Shown in pieces: positions 58,664 through 64,000 of a DNA stretch of 64,000 nt (positions within the stretch are counted from its first letter, which is position 1; the number at the start of each line of letters is the position of its first letter). The stretch covers positions 3,072,001 through 3,136,000 of the forward strand of contig CAWJET010000001.1 in the NCBI GenBank assembly GCA_963842085.1. Direction: 5' to 3'. The translations under genes were made by a program, and so were the position numbers. A model generated the notes under the pieces. The model saw only the letters and a list, made by a program, of their open reading frames with translations. It was not told the origin of the DNA and searched no databases. Origin of the DNA: an uncultured delta proteobacterium (GTDB lineage: Bacteria > Desulfobacterota > Binatia > Binatales > Binataceae).

Positions 58664-59584
58664 ATGGTGGAATTAGCGACTTCTCCGCGCGGCGCAAAAC
58701 TCCCGGCCGCGGTCACCGAGTTGGCAGCAACGATCGAAGCCGACGGCGGTGCGGCGCTCGCCGCCTATCAAGAGCCGATCGGCGAGCACTGGCAGTTGTT
58801 CGCGCTGCTGCCGATTGCGAAAGTGGAGGCGACGCCGTATCAGCGCGACCTCTCGCCCGCGCATCTGAAGCGAATGATCGAAGTGATGAAGAAGCTCGAC
58901 CGGTTTACCGAGCCGATCGTCGCCGTTCACACGGCCGGCACCTACTGGACTCCCAACGGCAACCATCGCCGCGCTGCCGCGGTGAAGTCCGGGGCCAAGA
59001 CGATTCCGGCGATTGTGATACCGGATCCCGAGGTCGCCTTTCAGATCCTTGCGCTGAACACCGAGAAGGCGCACAACCTGCGCGACAAGGCGCTCGAGGT
59101 TATCCGGATGTATCGCGCGCGTCTGGGGGAGCGGCCCAAATCCGCCGAGAAAGACTTCGCCTTCGAGTTCGAGCGCGCCCATTACATCACGCTCGGGCTG
59201 CTTTATGAAACAAAGCCGCGATTTTCGGGCGGCGTGTTCGCGCCCCTGCTGAGCCGCGTGGACACATTCCTTACCAAGCCGCTCAAGGACGCGATCGAAG
59301 ATCGCCGGGAGCGCGCGGCCCAGGTCGAGCGCGCCGACGAGTTGGCGGTTGAACTGGTAGCCGCGGGCAAGAAGCGCGGCCTGATGCATCCTTATCTGAA
59401 GAATTTTATCGTCGCGCGATGCAATCCGCTGACGCGTGCGCGAAAAAATCTTCCGACCTGCAAGGCGGCGCTGGCAAGCATGATCAAGGCGCTCGAGGAA
59501 TTCGATCTCGGCAAAATTCATTTCGGCCAGATTCGCGACGCGGCGCAGATCGCCGCCGCCACCTCGGTGGCCGAGCCCAACTGA
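58664..59584 (+). CDS. ParB/Srx-like N-terminal domain protein
   Basis: TPYQRDLS, PIVAV...YWTPNGNHR and LALNTEKAHNL; no parA nearby. Confidence 0.8.
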   Translation: MVELATSPRGAKLPAAVTELAATIEADGGAALAAYQEPIGEHWQLFALLPIAKVEATPYQRDLSPAHLKRMIEVMKKLDRFTEPIVAVHTAGTYWTPNGNHRRAAAVKSGAKTIPAIVIPDPEVAFQILALNTEKAHNLRDKALEVIRMYRARLGERPKSAEKDFAFEFERAHYITLGLLYETKPRFSGGVFAPLLSRVDTFLTKPLKDAIEDRRERAAQVERADELAVELVAAGKKRGLMHPYLKNFIVARCNPLTRARKNLPTCKAALASMIKALEEFDLGKIHFGQIRDAAQIAAATSVAEPN

Positions 59585-59603
59585 AAAAAGATGGATATAC
59601 GAC

Positions 59604-60398
59604 ATGGCTGATCAAATCGTACTGTACGAAGCGCGCTACCCGGCCGCGATAATCACGCTCAACAACCCGGACCATCGCAACGCACTCAGCGCCGCGATGA
59701 TCGACGCGCTGATGGCCGCGATTGCGCGCGCCGAAGCGGATCCGCGCGTGCGTGCGCTGATCTTCACCGGCGCCGGTCACGCATTTTCCGCCGGGATGGA
59801 CCTCGGCGAGCTGCGGGCAATCCTCGACCGGCTACCGGTCGACGGAGCGGGATCGGTCTGGGACGGTGCGCTGCGCGGCGAGGCGTTGATCGAGCGCGTC
59901 TATCGGCTGGGCAAACCTTCGATCGCCGCCGTCAATGGGGTCGCAGTCGGTAACGGCGCGGGATTCCTCAGCGCCTGCGACCTGGCGGTCGCCGCGGAGA
60001 ACGCGCAGATCGGATACACGGAAATGAAACATGGCATTCAGGCGGGGATGGTGATCCTCCACCTGATGCGTCTGGTCGGCGAGCGCGTCGCGAGATATCT
60101 GCTGTTAACGGGCGAACTGATGACCGCCGAGCAGGCGATGGCGCTCGGACTGGTCAACAAGGTGGTACCGCCGGGCGAGCTGATGGCCTGCGCGCTTGGG
60201 TGGGCAGATGCGATCGCGATGAATGCGCCGAAAGCGGAAGCGACTACCAAGTCATTGATGTGCAAATTTTCCGGCCAGGCGATAGCTATGAGCATGACCG
60301 AATACATCGCCGCGCCGCACATCACCGACGAAACCCGTTCGGGGCTAGAGTCCTTCTTTGACAAGAAGCCGGTGCCGTGGTCGCTCAAACCGTCATGA
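59604..60398 (+). CDS. Enoyl-CoA hydratase/isomerase family protein
   Basis: LNNPDHRNALS, FSAGMDL and AAVNGVAVGNG. Confidence 0.9.
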   Translation: MADQIVLYEARYPAAIITLNNPDHRNALSAAMIDALMAAIARAEADPRVRALIFTGAGHAFSAGMDLGELRAILDRLPVDGAGSVWDGALRGEALIERVYRLGKPSIAAVNGVAVGNGAGFLSACDLAVAAENAQIGYTEMKHGIQAGMVILHLMRLVGERVARYLLLTGELMTAEQAMALGLVNKVVPPGELMACALGWADAIAMNAPKAEATTKSLMCKFSGQAIAMSMTEYIAAPHITDETRSGLESFFDKKPVPWSLKPS

Positions 60399-60705
60399 TT
60401 TGCGGCCTTTGGCCCGCGCGCGATTGGATCGCATGAAGAAGTCGTTGATGGCGCCGAGCTGCTTTTCGTCGTAGGCGGCGAAGACGCGGTCCATGCGGGC
60501 GAGGATCGGCTTGTAAAACCTGGCAATCCTCTTTTTCGGCGCCGCAGCGAATCGCACGATGACGCTGCGGCGGTCGCGCGGATTGCGCTCCCGCTCGACG
60601 TAGTGCGCCCGTTCCAGCCGATCAAGAACGACCGTCATGCAGCCGCTGCTGAAGCCCGCAAGCTTCGCCAGATTGCCGGGCGTGGCGGGCCCGAAGAGGC
60701 CGAGC
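60393..60705 (-). pseudogene. MarR-family regulator lacking its N-terminus
   Basis: In-frame LGLFGPATPGNLAKLAGFSSGCMTVVLDRLERAHYVERERNPRDRRSV winged helix; an in-frame stop lies just upstream. Confidence 0.75.
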
Positions 60706-60706
60706 C

Positions 60707-60943
60707 ACCGCGCTCATCATCGATCTCCGCAAAGACGTGTCGAAGGAGGCCATCGACGCCGAGGTCGTGAAGCTCAAGCAGAGCGCGGTGAACGCCTTCT
60801 TTACGCGGTGGGCCTTTCGCCTGATGCTCATTCGGCGCGCCTACACCAGGGATCAGTTCGTGGATTTCATCCGGCAAACCCGGTTCACCAAGACCGACAT
60901 CATGGAGACACCAATCGGCTTCGAGATTTCTCTGGTCAAGTGA
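60707..60943 (+). pseudogene. C-terminal remnant of a class I SAM methyltransferase
   Basis: TALIIDLRKD...RRAYT...GFEISLVK resembles the last strands of a class I methyltransferase; no SAM-binding motif I. Confidence 0.55.
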
Positions 60944-60971
60944 TTGGCGCGGGTCCGGAGTAAACGCGCGG

Positions 60972-62615
60972 CTAGGCGGCGGCCGGGGCGCGGGCGAGTT
61001 CGAACGCGCCGAGCTCGAGGCCGTCGTTCGAGCGCAGCACGATCTTGGTCGAGAGCCGCTGCTCGAGCGTCTCGAGATCCTTCGCGCCGTGGTCGTAGAG
61101 ATAGCGCGCGACTTCTGGATTGAGCTTGACGATGAGCATATCGCCGGCGGCCTTGGGAACCGCCTCGCGCTGAATCCCGCGCAGCACCTCGGCGGCGAGG
61201 GTCGGCACCGATTTGACGACACGGCGCCCGTCGCATCGCGGACAGGTGTCGGTCAGCAGCTTCTCCAGGCTTTCGCGCGTGCGCTTGCGCGTCATCTGGA
61301 CGAGCCCCAGCTCGGAAATTTTGAGCGCCGAGGTCCGCGCCTTGTCGCGCTTGAGCGCAATCGCCAGCGCGTCGCTGACTTTCTTGCGATCGCTCTCGCG
61401 CGCCATGTCGATGAAATCGACGATGATGATGCCGCCGATGTTGCGCAGCCGCAGTTGGTTTACTACTTCCTCGACTGCTTCGAGGTTGGTCTTGAAGATG
61501 GTGTCGTCCTGGCTGCGCTTGCCGACGAAGCGGCCGGTGTTCACGTCGATTGCGGTCAGCGCTTCAGCTTGATCGAAAACCAGGTAGCCGCCCGACTTGA
61601 GCCACACCTTGCGGTCAAGCGCGCGCTCGATCTGCGGTTCGATGTTGAAACGATCGAACAACGGCTGCGGCCCGTCGTGCAGCGCCACGCGCGCGCGCAG
61701 CCGCGGCATATAGTTCTGTACGAACTGCACGATCCGGCTGTAGGTCGTCGGATCGTCGCACCATAGCCGGTCCACCTCGCTGGAAAAGAGGTCGCGCACG
61801 ATTCGGAGCGCCACGTCGAGGTCGCTGTAAAGGATCGATGCGGGCGGCATGCTCTCTTTCTTGCGCAGGATCGAGCTCCACAGCTTGGTCAGAAAGGCGA
61901 CGTCGCGCTGGATTTCGCGCCGGCTGACGCCCTCGCAAGCGGTCCGCACGATGAAACCGCCTTGCGGCGGCCTGAGTTCTCCCACGTCGGCACGCAGCCG
62001 CGCCCGTTCTTCGGCGCTCGCGATTCGCCGCGACACTCCGATGTGATTGCTGGTTGGCGTGTAGACGAGATGGCGCCCCGGCAGCGAAATCGACGACGTC
62101 AGCCGCGCGCCCTTGGTGCCCATCGGCTCCTTCGCGATCTGAACGATGATGTCCTGGCCGCGACGCAACTGCTGCTCGATGGGGAGCCGCGAGCGATTCG
62201 GCGCCTGGTTGCGCCGCCCTCGGCCGCGACGCCGCCCGCGCGACGGCCGTGGCGCACTTCCGTCGCCGTTGCCGCCGGCTTCGTCAGCGACGCTCGTCTC
62301 CGCATCGCCAAACTCGTTGTCGACGATCGGCTCGGTCTCGACATCTTCTTCGCCGAGCACTTCCGCCACCGTGTTGAGCGCGGAGACTCCGTCGTGAAAA
62401 TCGGAGACATGCAGGAAGCCCGCTTTCGCGAGGCCAATATCGACGAACGCCGCCTGCATCCCGGGAAGCACGCGCGTGACCTTGCCCTTATAGATGTTGC
62501 CCGCCAACCCAACCTGGCGATTGCGCTCGAGGTAGAACTCGGCAAGGTTGCTGTCTTCAAGCAGCGCGACTCGCACCTCCAGTGCGGACGCGTTAATGGC
62601 GATTTCTCGTTTCAC
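60972..62615 (-). CDS. rng: Ribonuclease G/E family endoribonuclease
   Basis: GNIYKGKVTRVLPGMQAAFVDIG, AIDVNTG, LRNIGGIIIVDFIDM; no long RNase E tail. Confidence 0.93.
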   Translation of the reverse strand: MKREIAINASALEVRVALLEDSNLAEFYLERNRQVGLAGNIYKGKVTRVLPGMQAAFVDIGLAKAGFLHVSDFHDGVSALNTVAEVLGEEDVETEPIVDNEFGDAETSVADEAGGNGDGSAPRPSRGRRRGRGRRNQAPNRSRLPIEQQLRRGQDIIVQIAKEPMGTKGARLTSSISLPGRHLVYTPTSNHIGVSRRIASAEERARLRADVGELRPPQGGFIVRTACEGVSRREIQRDVAFLTKLWSSILRKKESMPPASILYSDLDVALRIVRDLFSSEVDRLWCDDPTTYSRIVQFVQNYMPRLRARVALHDGPQPLFDRFNIEPQIERALDRKVWLKSGGYLVFDQAEALTAIDVNTGRFVGKRSQDDTIFKTNLEAVEEVVNQLRLRNIGGIIIVDFIDMARESDRKKVSDALAIALKRDKARTSALKISELGLVQMTRKRTRESLEKLLTDTCPRCDGRRVVKSVPTLAAEVLRGIQREAVPKAAGDMLIVKLNPEVARYLYDHGAKDLETLEQRLSTKIVLRSNDGLELGAFELARAPAAA

Positions 62616-62873
62616 CGATGGACTCTCTATTCCGGCAAATTCGACATGATTGCGAGTGGAAGGGCGAAGCGCCGGGAATCGTTGCGCGGGCGTCGCGAGC
62701 AATCAGAAAAACACCCGCATCCGCTGGTACATCGTTTTACCCTGTGCCTCGACAACTTGGACAGGATCATACGAGGCACGCCCGAGCTCCGCAAGCAAGC
62801 TTTGATTAGCGCATCAATAACGGGCTTTTAATCCAAGCTATCTTGACATGGTATCTGGGGGCCGATACTCGTC

Positions 62874-63527
62874 ATGTGGATGTCTGTTGCGGCCGAAATG
62901 GTTGCGCCGAGTCTTCCGGGAGCAGGCCTGCTCAACAGCAAGGTCCTGGTTCTCAATCGCTCATACCTCCCGGTTCACGTTACGTCGGTAAAACGCGCGT
63001 TTGCCCTGCTTTATCAGGGCGTTGCGAAGGCCGTCGATGAGCAGTATCACACCTTCGACTTCGACAGCTGGCGCGACTTGTCGATTGAGGTGCAGCATGA
63101 GCGCCTCGGAATCGTAAACGGCTTCATCCGCGTGCCGCGGGTCCTGCTCTTGACGGCGTACGAGCGCGTGCCCAAGCGCCACGTGCGATTCTCGCGCTTC
63201 AACATCTTCGCCCGCGACGGCAACACCTGCCAGTATTGCCACAAGAAATTGCCGCGCACCGAGCTCAACCTCGACCACGTCATTCCGCGCTCGCGCGGCG
63301 GGATGTCCACGTGGGAGAACATCGTATGCTCGTGCCATCACTGCAATCGGCGCAAGGGTGGCCGCACGCCCGACGAAGCCGGGATGCATCTGTTCCGCAG
63401 GCCGCGACGCCCCGAATGGACGCCGTTTTCGTCCGAGATGTTTAGCCTGCGGCGATACCGCGAATGGATGCCGTACCTGTCGCAGGTCGACAGCGCTTAC
63501 TGGAATACGGAGCTCATCCAGGATTAG
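62874..63527 (+). CDS. HNH endonuclease (McrA-like)
   Basis: VLVLN, FSRFNIFARDGNTCQYC, LDHVIPRSRGG and WENIVCSCHHCNRRKG. Confidence 0.9.
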   Translation: MWMSVAAEMVAPSLPGAGLLNSKVLVLNRSYLPVHVTSVKRAFALLYQGVAKAVDEQYHTFDFDSWRDLSIEVQHERLGIVNGFIRVPRVLLLTAYERVPKRHVRFSRFNIFARDGNTCQYCHKKLPRTELNLDHVIPRSRGGMSTWENIVCSCHHCNRRKGGRTPDEAGMHLFRRPRRPEWTPFSSEMFSLRRYREWMPYLSQVDSAYWNTELIQD

Positions 63528-63568
63528 CCTTTTAGCTGTTTGTAATTCGGCCGTCCCCAAGCCGAGAT

Positions 63569-63616
63569 CCACAACTTGATGGGGCTACCCTTTCTGCGGC
63601 ACACGATATGTTGGGG
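63569..63616. promoter_or_regulatory. Tandem NrdR-box-like sites
   Basis: CCACAACTTGATGGGG (63569-63584) and ACACGATATGTTGGGG (63601-63616), offset by 32 bp. Confidence 0.55.
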
Positions 63617-63688
63617 TGCTCTTGACCCTCTGAGGGTACTTTAGTGTAAGCTTCTGGGCTGTGGTGGTGCGGTGGAGGCGGAGACAGC

Positions 63689-64000
63689 ATGCGTCTTAAA
63701 AGCCTTGAATTACTTGGCTTCAAGTCCTTTCTCGATTCGACGACGATAAGTTTCGCGCCGGGGATGACCGCGGTGGTCGGTCCCAATGGATGCGGCAAGT
63801 CGAACGTCGTTGACGCGATCCGATGGGTGCTCGGCGAGCAGGCGCCGACGCGGCTTCGCGGCAAGAGCATCGAGGATCTCATCTACGCGGGCAACGAGTC
63901 GAATCCCGCGGCCGGGATGGCCGAGGTCTCGCTCGTGCTCGAGGCGGAAGAAGGCAGCCAGCTTCCAGAGCCGTACTCGGCGTTGAGCGAGGTCGCGGTG
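63689..64000 (+). CDS. smc: Chromosome segregation protein SMC, 3'-truncated by the window edge
   Basis: MRLKSLELLGFKSF...VGPNGCGKSNVVDAIRWVLGEQ...LRG. Confidence 0.95.
   Translation, partial: MRLKSLELLGFKSFLDSTTISFAPGMTAVVGPNGCGKSNVVDAIRWVLGEQAPTRLRGKSIEDLIYAGNESNPAAGMAEVSLVLEAEEGSQLPEPYSALSEVAV

Overview
GC-rich bacterial chromosomal window with no CRISPR array, intact tRNA/rRNA or transposase visible. The gene mix (several sigma54 enhancer-binding proteins, sirC-ccsA/hemX-hemA-hemC-cobA/hemD, YCF48+MMPL) suggests a deltaproteobacteria-like or Binatota-like organism; this is inference only. Left to right: partial Zn alcohol dehydrogenase; form-II coxSLM+coxG molybdo-hydroxylase; a DUF4242-cyclase pseudogene with an internal deletion; a MacAB-like exporter; a single-domain receiver; a sigma54 activator with a globin-like sensor lacking the proximal His; an NtrC-type regulator; a Tad/Flp pilus operon with three flp genes, two from a ~790-bp tandem duplication that also copies a sigma54 promoter; tetrapyrrole genes; lon; glgA followed by a 1-kb insert flanked by 47-bp direct repeats and carrying a tRNA-Met 3' half; rnhA with a Zn-finger tail; two paralogous small membrane proteins behind a near-consensus sigma54/IHF promoter; a GH1 glucosidase; REP-like repeats; an AbrB/PemK toxin-antitoxin pair; trxB; moaC; rlmI; a YCF48-MMPL-VOC-ABC-YceI cluster; a MarR/methyltransferase deletion scar; rng; an HNH gene; and the start of smc behind tandem NrdR-like boxes. 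Best candidates for new biology are the sigma54 circuit around the non-heme-globin activator and the sigma54/IHF-driven twin small proteins. All calls come from reading motifs by eye; no database searches were run.
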